The notes below the pieces were generated by a model. That model was given only the letters and a program-made list of their open reading frames with translations. It was not told where the DNA came from and searched no databases. The position numbers and the translations under genes are program-made. This document shows positions 26,818-39,766 of a DNA stretch of 64,000 nucleotides, one piece after another. The DNA is taken from NCBI RefSeq assembly GCF_006345805.1, contig NC_042997.1, forward strand, positions 185,008,001-185,072,000, in the 5' to 3' direction. Positions within the stretch are counted from its first letter, which is position 1. Each line of letters opens with the position of its first letter. This DNA comes from Octopus sinensis (lineage: Eukaryota).

Positions 26818-27660
26818 CGAGAAATATATGCAGTGTAAGTGTGTGGGGATGTTCACAATACGCTGTTGATAAGGATATCTGCGGGAATTTTATTATATTT
26901 TTTGGAAGTTCTATTGGTACAACTGAAACAGTGCCATTTGGTAGTTTAATCTAGGGAGTACCTTTTCAAGCGATACGTACTAGAACATTTGAAGTCATCA
27001 TTGGCAACAGAGCATGTCACTACGCCTAGATATTACGATGCAGGCAAAGCACGGATATACACAAGCACGCACACACACACACGCACGTACACGCGCACGC
27101 ACACGCATGCATACGAACATAAACCTGAATTTTTCTCTTATGTTCAAAGCTTTACTCTGTCCCACTCACACATTAATTTCTATTGACGAGTAATAATTTC
27201 TAAACTGTGATATATATATGAAAGTAGAATAGTGTGAAATATTGTGACGACTTCCTTGGTGATGCCTCCTCTTCGCATCATTCCACGGCAGATTATATAC
27301 ATTCTCGCGTAAATACACATTAAAAGACTGATCTGTATATCATAAGACGGATTGATATCAATCAATGACTTCCTTCCGGTAGTTCCTGTAGTCAGACTGG
27401 TGCCAGACGTATAAACCTGCAGTTCTAACTACCCATGGAATTAGTGTCTGACGCCTGGAAAAACATAGGATCTCCGCGAAATAAAGATTAAATTTTTCCT
27501 GTGCTTTCGGTGTGTTGTAGAGCTGAGCCTATTTATAAATATAAATACATACGTATGTACGTACACACACATAGACACACAGACACAGACAGAGACACAC
27601 ACACACGTGTGTATGTATATGAAGAATTGCAGAGAAGAAGGGTGAAAGAAAGTTAAACAC

Positions 27661-27724
<64 letters not shown>

Positions 27725-27766
27725 ACCTATCTATGTACCTATCTATCTATCTGTCTGTCTATCTAC

Positions 27767-27822
<56 letters not shown>
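27661..27822. repeat. (ATCT)n/(TA)n compound microsatellite
   Basis: Directly visible. Confidence 0.95.
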
Positions 27823-27823
<1 letters not shown>

Positions 27824-27857
27824 CATGTATGTTGTGAGTGTGTCTGTGTGTGTGTGT

Positions 27858-27890
<33 letters not shown>

Positions 27891-28590
27891 GGGGGATAAC
27901 CTATGCGTGTGTGAGTGTGTGTACTGTGTGTGTTGACCGAAGCTTTTTTCATATTTCCCAGTTTGTTCCTTGAGCGTTTCGTCTGGAAAGAAAAATTCTC
28001 AAACCCAGCATCATTGTGTTCATGCCACACATTACTCTGCAATGCAAATCTACTCAAATTTCAAAGATATGGAAAGAATATGGATAATAATAAAACTAGT
28101 GCACAATCGTGTAGGCTTGAAAGAAAATACTTACTCCATGTATGTTTGTATGTATGTAGATACTATGAATCGAACTCACGACCTTACGATCGTGAACCGA
28201 ATGCCCTAATCACTAAGCCACATACTTTATTATCAAAGCTGCTCTTTATAATCAAAGCTCCAAAATATTCACAGAACTGCTACTCAAGGTCTCAAGTTGC
28301 CGTTCGTCGGACAGTTATTCATCATAACTATCCGACGAACGGGGACGTGAAACTCTGGGTAACGGTTCTGTGGATATTTTGCATCTTTTGTAATAAAGCA
28401 TATTACTCTAACCTTGGTATTCCAGTACTATTTCGTCTACATTGTTTTGCACTTATGTGCCTACCCGTGTACCTACATACATAACATACATAATACATAC
28501 ATGTATATATACATATACACACACATATGTATACATGTGCATACACACACACACACACACATATATATATATGCATACACACATATGTGC

Positions 28591-28645
<55 letters not shown>

Positions 28646-29199
28646 TGTATGTGTGTGTGTATTGTCCTTCATTAATGATACAAAGATGCAAACATTCGCA
28701 TATCCACGTCACCTACACTCACATGAGTAAAAGATTTTAATTCTTCGAAACATTAAAATTCCTCAACATTGAGGTTCTGTTTCAGAGCAGTCATGAACAC
28801 TGCCTTAGCAATATGCTGATCCAAACCTTGTTGGTAAATGTGTTTATGCCATTTTGTGCATTATTTTCCGACTCATACTGCATTAACGTCACTAAAGCAA
28901 AGGAAGTTACTGGTAAAACATGACAAATTTATATATTGGTTTCAAATTGGGACACAAGACCAGCAATTTCAGTGGTAGTGGGTAAGTCGATTCCATCGAC
29001 CGCAACATTCAACTGGAACTTAGATTATGGAGCCCAAATGTATGAATGGCGGAATTTGAACGCAGAACGAAATGCGCTAAATATTTTCCCGGTGTACTAA
29101 CAATTCTGCTAGCTCCTCGCCTTCTGACTAATTTACATATTAATTGTCGTTCAATCAACAGTAGCTCATTATTTTACCTGAACTATTTTAGGCATTTCT

Positions 29200-29497
29200 G
29201 GAGGCACATGACCTAGTGGTTAGAGCAGCGGACTCACGGTCGAGGGATTGCGGGTTCGAATCTCAGACCGGGCGATGTGTGTTTATGAGCGAAACATCTA
29301 AGCTCCACGAGGCTCCGGCAGAAGGTAATGGCCAACTTCTGCTGAATCTTTCACCACAACTTTCTCTCACTCTTTCCTCCTGCAGCTCACCTGCGACGGA
29401 CCGGCGTCCCGTCCAGGTGGGGAACCTATACGCCAATGAAACCGGGAAACCGGCCCTATAAGCCAGGCGTGGGTCTAGAAGGAACAAACAAAACAAC
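29200..29497 (+). mobile_element. SINE family C
   Basis: Homologous to 19037-19356. Confidence 0.85.
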
Positions 29498-29788
29498 AAT
29501 TTTAGGCACTTGTTAACATTGCCTTCAGCACAGAATGCGTTCAAGTGTGAAACACCTTCGCGCTGAACTCGTGTTGAAGCATTTTTAATGTTTTCAATAA
29601 ATTTTGACCCCATTTAGCTTATTGGAAACAGAGCATTGAGTGGCTGTGGTTGATTTGAAAACAGTGACAACTTGACTGACGTTTCAACTCCATACAATTA
29701 TCGTAGTGACGAGAGTGACTGCGTTTTGTAATTCGCATACAAATAATTTTCTCGCCAATAGGGAGTGACATCTCTACTGCAGATTAAT

Positions 29789-30370
29789 CCTTCCTACTAT
29801 AGGGACAAAGCCTGAAAGTTTGGGGGAGGGAAGCCAGTCGATTAGATCGACCACAGTACGCAATTGGTACTTAATTTATCAACCCCGAAAGGATGAAAGA
29901 TAAAGTCGATCCCGGTGGAATTTGAACTCAGAACGTAGCGACGGGCGAAATACCTATTTCTTCACTACCGACAGGGGGCTAAACACAGAGAGGACAAACA
30001 AGGACGGACAAACGGATTTAGTCGATTATATCGACCCCAGTGCGTAACTGGTACTTATTTATCGACCGCAAAAGGATGAAAGGCAAAGTCGACCTCGGTG
30101 GAATTTGAACTCAGAACGTAACGGTAGACGAAATACCTATTTCTTTACTACCCACAAGAGGCTAAACAGAGAAGGGACAAACAAGGGCAGACAAACGGAT
30201 TAAGTCGATTATATCGACCTCAGTGCATAACTGGTACTTCATTTATCGATCCCGAAAGGATGAAAGGCAAAGTCGACCTCGGCGGAATTTGAACTCAGAA
30301 CGTAACGGCAGACGAAATACGGCTACGCATTTCGCCCGGTGTGCTAACGATTCTGCCAACTCGCCGCCTT
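29789..30370 (-). mobile_element. SINE family A trimer with target-site duplication
   Basis: Three cores ~183 bp apart; flanks tctctactgcagattaat (29771-29788) and tctgtactgcagattaat (30372-30389). Confidence 0.92.
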
Positions 30371-30827
30371 ATCTGTACTGCAGATTAATTACACAGGATG
30401 CGCGTAGTACTGAGTTTTTCTGTAGGCCTTCCTTTAATTCCTGAACTCCATTGGTAAATAAATTACAAGCTGTATATTTACATAGCTAGTGTATATTATA
30501 TATTTACGCTCAGATTTTGTTTTGTTTCTTATTGTCTCCATCTTTGGTAGCGAAAGTAATACTAAAGCGACACTATTTCTAGAAATCAAGAGTCGCGTTG
30601 AAAACAATGGATACATCACACTAGATACAGACAAACGCAGGTGTCAACATGGAGAAAGCGAATACCCACATACTCACATAACACCTATAATAACCTCGAC
30701 TCATAACAGCTGGCTGATCTTAGGCGATCTGTGCTCCGGCAATCCCTACTCACTCGACTCCTCCTTTTTTCATACTAATTCTGTGTATTAAACCCTGCCA
30801 AGCTTTGTAGAAACTCACTAAAAAGCT

Positions 30828-30940
30828 GTAAACTCCTACTTAATTACATCTTTCCTGCAAGTGTAAACTCCTCCTTAATTACATCTTTCCTGCAAGTGTA
30901 AACTCCTCCTTAATTACATCTTTCCTGCAAGTGTAAACTT
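30828..30940. repeat. 35-bp minisatellite, 3 copies plus a partial
   Basis: gtaaactcctccttaattacatctttcctgcaagt at 30828, 30863 and 30898. Confidence 0.9.
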
Positions 30941-31056
30941 ACACTAGTTTAAGCGGAACATTAACGGCATCAGCTTCATCTGTTTCAGAGGACTTTCCAG
31001 CAAAAGAAAATGAACACAAAATAGAGGCATGAAACTCGAATATATACAGGAGTACC

Positions 31057-31290
31057 ATACGGCGGCGAGCTGGCAGAAACGTTAGCACGCCAGGCGAAAT
31101 GCGTAGCCGTATTTCGTCTGTCGTTACGTTCTGAGTTCAAATTCCGCCGAGGTCGACTTTGCCTTTCATCCTTTCGGGGTCGATAAATTAAGTACCAGTT
31201 ACGCACTGGAGTCGATGTAATCGACTTAATCCCTTTGTTTGTCCTTGTTTGTCCCCTCTGTGTTTAGCCCCTTGTGGGTAGTAAAGAAAT
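31057..31290 (+). mobile_element. SINE family A monomer with 17-bp TSD
   Basis: atatatacaggagtacc on both sides (31040-31056 and 31291-31307). Confidence 0.92.
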
Positions 31291-32789
31291 ATATATACAG
31301 GAGTACCCATATACCACACAAGTATTGGAAACTAAACAGTTTGAAACCTTCGTTTAATTAGAAAACAGAAAGCGTGTAGAATTTCTTTGAAATGCCTTTT
31401 ATAGTTTAAATGAAAACCGCTACCATTTTTCGCCCATAAACTGTTGTGCGTGTTAGCTATTATTTTCAACGTGTTCTAGCTTCTGAATATGACAACCCTA
31501 CTTTTTCGGGACGGTATATGCAACGAGTTCAGTGGAACGTGGTTCTGTGTATCGGGTCAGGTAACGAGTAACGAGAAAAAACAACTGACCCGTTTAATAA
31601 GATTGGTCTGAGATTGGATTTGATACGCTTATTATTACTTCAATAGTGCTTAAGTGCCTTGGAGGTAAATCTAAGTCAGATTATTTAATTGTATGTGGGC
31701 GTTTGGATATACATAAGCTTGAGGGTAAAGAAACCGTTACGACAGGAAAAAAAAACAGCCGCAATGGAAGCATTAGCGGAAACAGTTGTAAAAGCAAAAA
31801 CAGAGTGTGCGGCGTAGCAGTGATTGTCAGGTTTCACCTGCGGTGATCAATTGAGAGAGGTCGAGGAAGAAACTGTGTTGAACAAGCTAAATGGCGTCCA
31901 AAGATATTCTGATTTTACGCTCTGTTGGTAATTCTTCATTTAGCGCCGAAACCGTCTTGCTCGCTCTCGTTACTTCTCAGTTTTGCTTCTCCACTTGCCT
32001 CTCTTTCTCATTCGCTGGCTCGGTTTGTCTGTCTTTCTTTTCTGGTATATAATAATATACATTCACTAAGTCGCACATATATGAGAAATATTACATGTAT
32101 ATATGCTTGTATGTGTGTATACATAAACACACACATATACACATACACATAACTATACATATATATATATATATATAATATACACACACACACACATATA
32201 TATATATACACACACATATATATATATATATATACATACATACACTCATATATATATATATTATATATATACATATATATATATATACATACATATATGT
32301 GTAGGTATGTGTGTAAGTAGGTGTGGAAATATGTATGTTTATATGTTTGCATGCATGCATGCAAAAGGTAAGAGAGAGAGAGAGAATCGAGGAAGTGAGA
32401 TAGACGGAGACAGAGGGAGAAATATATATACGTATATACATATACACACACACACACAGAGTCCCGCAAGAAGTCACGTATATAACCTTGTTTTAAAGAG
32501 AGATATTAAGAAACAATTTCAGTAGCGGTACATAATAATAACGATTAATAGGATATCAAGGGAATATATCAAAAAGGGATTAATTCAAAGTAATATTAAG
32601 AGCATTCACGGTAACTACTACTACTACTGCTACTGCTACTACTACTACTACTCTTTAATACTATTCTTGTACTCGTGCAACCACATTTCAGCTCAGATTG
32701 AAGCATGAGCGACGAAGTTTCGATCGTTACCATCTTGTCGTTTTGTATAACTGTTATTTACCTTTTTTCACTTAATTCCTTATCTTTAT

Positions 32790-33037
32790 TCTTTATCTTC
32801 TATTAATTTTAGTCATTAGATTGCGGTCATGCTGGGACATCGTTTTGGATGATTTTAGTCGAACAAATCGACCCGAGTACTTTTTTTTTTTTTTTTTAGA
32901 AAACTGGTACTTTGCCAAATCGCTAAGTTGCAGGGACGTAAACAAACTAGCATCGGTTGTCAGGCGGTGCTGGGACACATACACACTCACACGCACAGAC
33001 ACGAAAAGACTCAGAGGCACACACACACACACACACG

Positions 33038-33084
<47 letters not shown>

Positions 33085-33255
33085 CACAACGGGCTTCTGT
33101 CAGTTTCCCTATACGAAATCCACTAACAAGGCTTTGGTTAAACCGAAGCGATGGTAGAAGACATTTTCCCAAGGTTTCACACTGTGGGACTGAATCTGAA
33201 ATCATGTGATTGGCTTTGGGAAGCAAACGACTTACCACTTAATCACGCCTGCACC
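32790..33255 (-). mobile_element. SINE family B
   Basis: Homologous to 25432-25833 in reverse. Confidence 0.8.
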
Positions 33256-33502
33256 TAAAAAGAGTTGAACTCAGTGCAAGTCCCTTTACCCAGAATTATA
33301 CCTTTTCTATCAGAAATTGAATCAGTAATGTAATAATCTCTACGGGCGTATATCGTTGATTCTTTATCAGAAAAATACATTACTACTGTCGGCAATGGAA
33401 ATTCAAATGGAATTTTAAAAATTGGTTCAGTCGCTTTGAGCTTATATTCTATATGAGACTGACTACTAGTATTCGACAAGAAAATCTGAAATGACTCTTT
33501 CG

Positions 33503-33921
33503 TTTCTGCCAGCTCGCCGCCTTTTTTTTCCTACTTTAGGCACAAGGCCTGAAATTTTGGGGTAGGGGGACAGTCGATTAGATCGACCCCAGTACGCAAC
33601 TGGTACTTAATTTATCCACCCCGCGAAAGGATGAAAGGCAAAATCGACCACGGCGGAATTTGAACTCAGAAAGTAACGACAGACGAAATACCTATTTCTT
33701 TACTACCCACAAGGGGCTAAACACAGAGGGGACAAACAAGGGCAGACAAACGGATTAAGTCGATTATAGCGACCCCAGTGCGTAACTGGTACTTAATTTA
33801 TCGACCCCGAGAGGATGAAAGGCAAAGTCGACCTCGGCGGAATTTGAACTCACAACGTAACGGCAGACGAAATACCGCTAAGCATTTCGCCCGGTGTGCT
33901 AACGTTCCAACCAGCTCGCCG
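33503..33921 (-). mobile_element. SINE family A dimer ending in the alternative tail, followed by a short head fragment
   Basis: Two cores; tail cctactttaggcacaaggcctgaaattttgggg; extra gtttctgccagctcgccgcc at 33503. Confidence 0.85.
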
Positions 33922-33924
33922 TGT

Positions 33925-34610
33925 TAATGAAAGCGGTATTAAAACTTGGCGTAAAGATCTGTGTCGCATAGAAGACTGGCCCAAAGGTGCAAGACATATC
34001 TTGACGCAAAATACCAAATAGAAAAGAAAGGTTTCAAAACTGTTATCGAAACCCTAAAACAACGAGTGCGGACAAAAACATTAAAGGTGCAACACCACAC
34101 TGATCGATTATCGCAGTTCCAGCAACACAGGTTATTCTAAAATAACCAGAGGTAGTTTTTTAAGAGCTTAGGAGAAGATACAGGAGATAGTAAACCCGAA
34201 GCAGAGGAAACCCGCCAAGGCTGATATAACATATGTGGGCAAAAGTTTCTACAACCACACTGCTGAGTGGTTTCATTCCGAGAGATCTGAATTCCATCAC
34301 CCGGAGGCTCCGCAACAGGATCACGTGCGCATAACAACGGAAGATTTCATAGCACAGTTATCAAGACTGCCAAAATGGAAAGCGGCATGACCAGACTGAA
34401 TATGGCAGCTACGAGAATCAAGCATAAAGGTTGTCCCTATTGTCTTCGGAGTATTAGGTTCAATACCAGCCAACCTGAAGAAACATTTGGAAATTTTAGA
34501 AATACCCTTACAATTTAGGTGTATTGGAAAAAATTGGCATTTTTTGGAACTGCATGCATATTGCGTGAAGTAGTCTGTCTGAGGTCCTTGTTGTGACTTG
34601 ACAGACAATA
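33925..34610 (+). pseudogene. R4/Dong-like RLE non-LTR retrotransposon remnant (N-terminus joined to C-terminus, RT deleted)
   Basis: KGFKTVIETLKQRVRTK..RLSQFQQHRLF*NNQR, then KVVPIVFGVLGSIPANLKKHLEIL, and 3' end tgaggtccttgttgtgacttgacag. Confidence 0.7.
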
Positions 34611-34689
34611 CATCCCACCCCCACGGAGACATAATATCTTCAATCAACAGCATCACGATATTGGATACTGCGATATTGCGACGTCTTAG

Positions 34690-34742
34690 CTGCTGCTGCT
34701 GCTGCTACTACTACTACTACTACCACCACCACCACCACCACC

Positions 34743-34774
<32 letters not shown>

Positions 34775-34799
34775 CACCACAACCACCACCACCACCACC

Positions 34800-34879
<80 letters not shown>

Positions 34880-34905
34880 GAAGAAGAAGAAGAAGAAGAA
34901 GAAGA
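34690..34905. repeat. Compound trinucleotide tract (TGC/TAC/CAC/TAA/GAA)
   Basis: Directly visible. Confidence 0.95.
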
Positions 34906-35155
34906 AATCTAAACTATTTGTTTCACTATCGAAATTCTACTAAGAAAAAATTATCAGATATGTATAAGTTTTCTAATTATTATGTATAATAGTCTCGCGG
35001 CAGCATTTTTATCATCAATATTTTAAAACGACGTCTACTGAAATATTTGCTCAAATACATTCTAACAATATTTATACAAGAAAATGTCTGATATTTGAGA
35101 AGACGAACGCGAGGCCTGAAGACAAATATGGTCTTATATAAATATATATTGTTCT

Positions 35156-35211
<56 letters not shown>

Positions 35212-35214
35212 ATC

Positions 35215-35457
35215 TTTTACTTGTTTCAGTTACATTTGACGGCGGCAATGCTGGGGCCTCGAAGAGTAACATTGAGTAAGTTAAGCCTAGGATGATTTAT
35301 AAAAGCCTACTACTCATTCTATCGGACGCTTTTGCCGAACCACTAAGTTACGAGAACCTATCAACACTAGTTGTCGATAGGCGGTGGGGGAAACGCAAAC
35401 ACAGACGCACACACACAATGATACACACACACACGCACATATATGTATCTATACCTG

Positions 35458-35502
<45 letters not shown>

Positions 35503-35575
35503 CTCTCTCTCTCTATATATATATATATACATTCATACATACAAACATACGTACATACATACATACATGCATACG

Positions 35576-35632
<57 letters not shown>

Positions 35633-35790
35633 GACAGACTTCTTTCAGTTTCTGTTTACCAAATCCACCCGGAATATTCTGTGAGGTTACAGTAGAAGAC
35701 ATTTTTTCCAAAATACCATGCAATGGGACTGAAACCAAAACCATATGTTTGAGATGTAAGCTTCTGACTACGCAGCCACGCCTCTACCTA
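35215..35790 (-). mobile_element. SINE family B with expanded internal microsatellite
   Basis: Tail (ttgtttcagt..) and head (caatgggactgaaacc) flank ~250 bp of simple repeats. Confidence 0.75.
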
Positions 35791-35849
35791 TGCACACACA
35801 CACACACACACACACACATTTATATATATGAGAGGCACCGAAAAGAAAC

Positions 35850-36600
35850 AATATTATTTGCAATATTATTTTATTCGCTTAGTTTTACATGTTTACGCTT
35901 TAATCGCCTTCAAAGTATTCTCCGTTTCAAGCAATACGTCGACCCAGACGCATTTTCCACTTTTTGAAGCAATCCTGGAGCTCTTCGGGAGTGATGCCTT
36001 TTAATAGTTCCGTCGTTCTTTTCCTTCACCTCTTCCACAATCTGCAAAGCGTTTTCCTTTAAGACCTTTTTTTCATTTGGGAGAACAAGAAAATAAAATT
36101 CAAGTGATTAGGGAGAGTGGGTAAGCGGAGTTACGCGTTTAGTCATGACTGCTTTTCAACTTCCGTGAACAAGGGATGCACAAATTTTGCTGCAACTCTT
36201 TTCATTCGTAATTCTTCGGTCAAAATTTGTTGCAGGAGCTCCAGGACACACCAGTCATATCGAAATTTCGTCAATTGTTCGGTGACGGTGTCAAGGATCA
36301 ATTCATGCATTTTTGTGATATTTTCATTCTTTCCGAGGGTCGAGGGTCGCCCTAAATTTGATATGTCTGCAAGCAACAAGTGACCATTCCTAGAGGTGAA
36401 AACCATTCATAAACTTGTGTTTTGCTCCTGGCAGGCCCCTTGTAAGCTGCCGTTTTCCGCAGCATTAAACAGAATTTCACGGAAGCATGCTGTGCCTTCG
36501 TTTCAGCATCGCAAAAGTCGGTGAACAGGGGAGAAGCACTGAAAAACAAAGATACACCACGTAGCATTACGACCTCACACCAAGACGCTGGTCGAAAGAC
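35850..36600 (-). pseudogene. Degenerate mariner transposase (N-terminal HTH region)
   Basis: QHASVKFC..KTAA..SKTQVYEWF, GRPST, ILTEELRMKRVAAKFV in minus frames; mariner-like 3' region. Confidence 0.8.
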
Positions 36601-36724
36601 TCATGCCTGAGGGTTGCATCAAGAGATTTCTAGCGGCGGAAGCCTGAACTACAACATACTTGTCCCACAGAGAACGTTTCCGGTAACTTTTGGGTACAAC
36701 CTCGTGTATATATACATATATATA

Positions 36725-36771
<47 letters not shown>

Positions 36772-36807
36772 TATATACAAGAAAAAAGCTACAAAAATGG
36801 ATCAATA

Positions 36808-36897
36808 TTTCGGTACAATTGTTTCGTACGAAGACCACCTTTATTAAGGCTGCAAATAGTGCAGCAAATACACGTGACCCATACTCATCAGCCGAAA
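36808..36897 (-). ncRNA. Type-I hammerhead ribozyme motif with intact core
   Basis: Minus strand: tttcgg-CTGATGA-gtatgg...tcgtac-GAAA-caattg-TA-ccgaaa. Helix I is 6 bp and helix III is palindromic. Confidence 0.75.
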
Positions 36898-37377
36898 AAA
36901 ACATCAGAGTTCTCAAAACATCTAAGGGGGTGAGGCTACACTCCTGAAACATCAGGGATTGTTCTATAAAAATCAGATTTAGATAATAAACGGACTTCCA
37001 AAGTTCTTTAATGTTGCACAGTCAAATAACAGGCTTTAAAAAAGTATTTTAAAAAACCTCTTAGTTTCACAGAAATTGAAAATGTAAATCCATCCATAAT
37101 AATGAAGTATGTTTGAATTCTGGAGATATGAGGAGAGATTTCATACTCACAGACGATGTATTTTTCCATAATTAGTCCATAATAATTCGCCCTCATCACT
37201 GCTTCACAACTGCTGTTCATTTATTTACATCCACATAACTTACTGGTTTCACAAGAACAAACTAATAGAATAAGTACCAGGCTTATCAACATAAAAAAGC
37301 ACTAAGCTGTGTCTCATAATTTTCTTTGCCCACTCAGTTGTATCTATCAATTTATCTTTGTATGTGTGTGTGTGTGT

Positions 37378-37453
<76 letters not shown>

Positions 37454-38897
37454 ATATATATATATATATATATAATCCCCTAATGGGAGCCTTAACTCCC
37501 AAATTTTAGTAATTTCTTTTATGATCTAAAACTATGTTAAAAGTACTGAATGGAACATTATGAAATCTGGAAATTATATTCTATGCATAAGGGACATAAC
37601 CCTCATGACAATTCATATATTTTTGCTGTTGAGGAAATTTTAACCATAGATATTAAACACAAATGAAGTAACATTTATAAAATTCCATCTTCTTACAAAG
37701 TTAGAAAGACCCCTCCATGGGGACTTAACACCCACAATTTTGTCATTTTATTTAAGCAAAAACGAATACAGTTGTGCTCTTGGAAGCTTTAGGGTTACCC
37801 GAGCATAAAAGTTGGGCATTATTTCTAGTTCAATGGTGCAACAGTGTAACAGTTTGATTTGACATACACTTACATTGTGATTTCTGCAATATGGCGCATA
37901 AATTGTCAAGTAAATGAGAGGCATCTTTGCCTCCACTGATTCAGTTGCAAAGTGTTGAGTAAAGTTATTTGATTGCAGACCTCCTTTCAGTTTTTTTATT
38001 ATCACTCGGTCACCCAGATGGTAACATTGATTTCAAGGCCTTCCCAGATGAGTGACTGGTTATTCAAAGACATTATTAGATTGTAAATTTATTCTATCCA
38101 GTTACGTATCAGTATAGTGGTTATTTGCAAACTCCAGAGGTGACACTTTCATTTCTCCTTAGCCCTGACGTCATACAGTTGTTAATGTTGATTTCAGTTG
38201 GTTCACGCTCTTCCAATTGCTATAGATTCGTAATGCATCTTACGGCTGCGCCTGTCACCTGGATGGTGAGGAATCCTATATTGGGAGTGGTAACGACTAG
38301 GGTAGGGTAACTGACTGCTTATTGTGATCATTCGTCTTTTGGTTTCCTGTGAACATATATTTCCTATTTCAAAGAAATTCAAACAATAGATATAAGACCC
38401 AAGTTAAACAGATTCTCAACAATTCAACTTCTCTGGTTGACATTAAGATGTCCACCCCCAACAGGGGCCTTAACTCTCACATTTTAGAGCTCCATGACCT
38501 TCATTTTTCAGGAGCAAAATATTTTTAACAGGTTTAATAAGACTGGAATTTTGGAATATGCGCTTAAAAATCAGTAGTATGGGATACATGTGGCATGATT
38601 ACAATTTTTGGGGGGTGTATAAAGAGGGAAATAACCCTCATCTGCAATTTTGATGCAAGCAATTCGAAACATAGGTATTCCAGTTCATTAGAGAAAATAT
38701 AACAGAAAGTCTAATTCTTCAATTGTATGCAACACAGGCAACGTCAGGTATCTGTGCTAGTATATATATATATATCAAAGGGTAATCTGAAATATTAGAA
38801 TTTTCCATTACCAGTGGCCTAGCGTGCAAAAATTAAGTCAATAGACTATATATTATTCATATAAATACAGCGTACAATGTACACTATATATATATAT

Positions 38898-39070
38898 TTC
38901 ATTTTTTCTCTCCTTGTTTCTTTCCTTGTTTTTTTCTGTGTCCCTTTCTGTAGAAGAGCGTAGGCTCGAAACGTAAAAGACTTTTTCTATTCCTGAGCGT
39001 TATACTAATACATCTGTTTGTTTTGTACACCACCTGTATTCGTCTTTTGTTTTTTTCGTAAACTCTCCCT
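38898..39070 (+). mobile_element. Hammerhead-motif element, copy 3
   Basis: cttt-CTGTAGA-a-gagc(gtag)gctc-GAAA-cg-TA-aaag at 38944-38980; (TA)n on both sides. Confidence 0.7.
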
Positions 39071-39360
39071 ATATATATATATATTGTCTGCTGCTCCATC
39101 GCCTTCCTAGTTTTCTCTTTCCGAGAGAGTATAATAAATGCAGTCATCTTATAATTTATAAGAATTTGTAAGGGGAATTTGAAATGAGTGTGTTGAACTG
39201 ACGGTGTACTGCCTACATGTTGTAGGAGTTCCTGAGAGATAAATTTTACACGAGCCAGCAAAGAGATCTATCATGTGGTCACACGTCCCTTTAAAAATAG
39301 CAGTCAAATCTTACTTATCTCGTATTCTTTCGTTGCGAAAAGGAAGGACATAGAGAATTA

Positions 39361-39766
39361 GGATCTTTTCGGCTTGAACGGCAGTTTTTTCTAGCGGTGT
39401 CATATGAAATTGTCACCCATAATTATGACCCTAGAATCGATCTATTGCATTTCAATCTCTTTTAGGGTTAGTGTTAGGATTAGGGGTGGATGAAGGGTAT
39501 CTTTTTTTCTTCACAAATGTAAATAAACCCAATCTGTTTCTTAAACGAGGGACATATTCATACGGCACAGAATGCTTTTTAACTCAATAGACGTCACTGA
39601 TTGGTTGAAATTGCAGAAATTGAAGAAAAAAACAACAAATATCTTACAAACTATAGAATTTTCTCAATAAAGCCAAGAGAAAAAGATGTTTTATAAACAC
39701 ATTCTACCAGTATACGAAGTTTAATACAAATTATGCTACAAACTGCCGCTCAAACCGAAAAGATCC
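39361..39766. mobile_element. MITE with GG termini and 8-bp TSD (Merlin- or hAT-type)
   Basis: TIR ggatcttttcggcttgaacggcagttt / aaactgccgctcaaaccgaaaagatcc; gagaatta duplicated at 39353-39360 and 39767-39774. Confidence 0.85.

Noticed and set aside
30828-30940. 35-bp repeats of CRISPR-like length
   Set aside because: Directly adjacent with no spacers; eukaryotic minisatellite.
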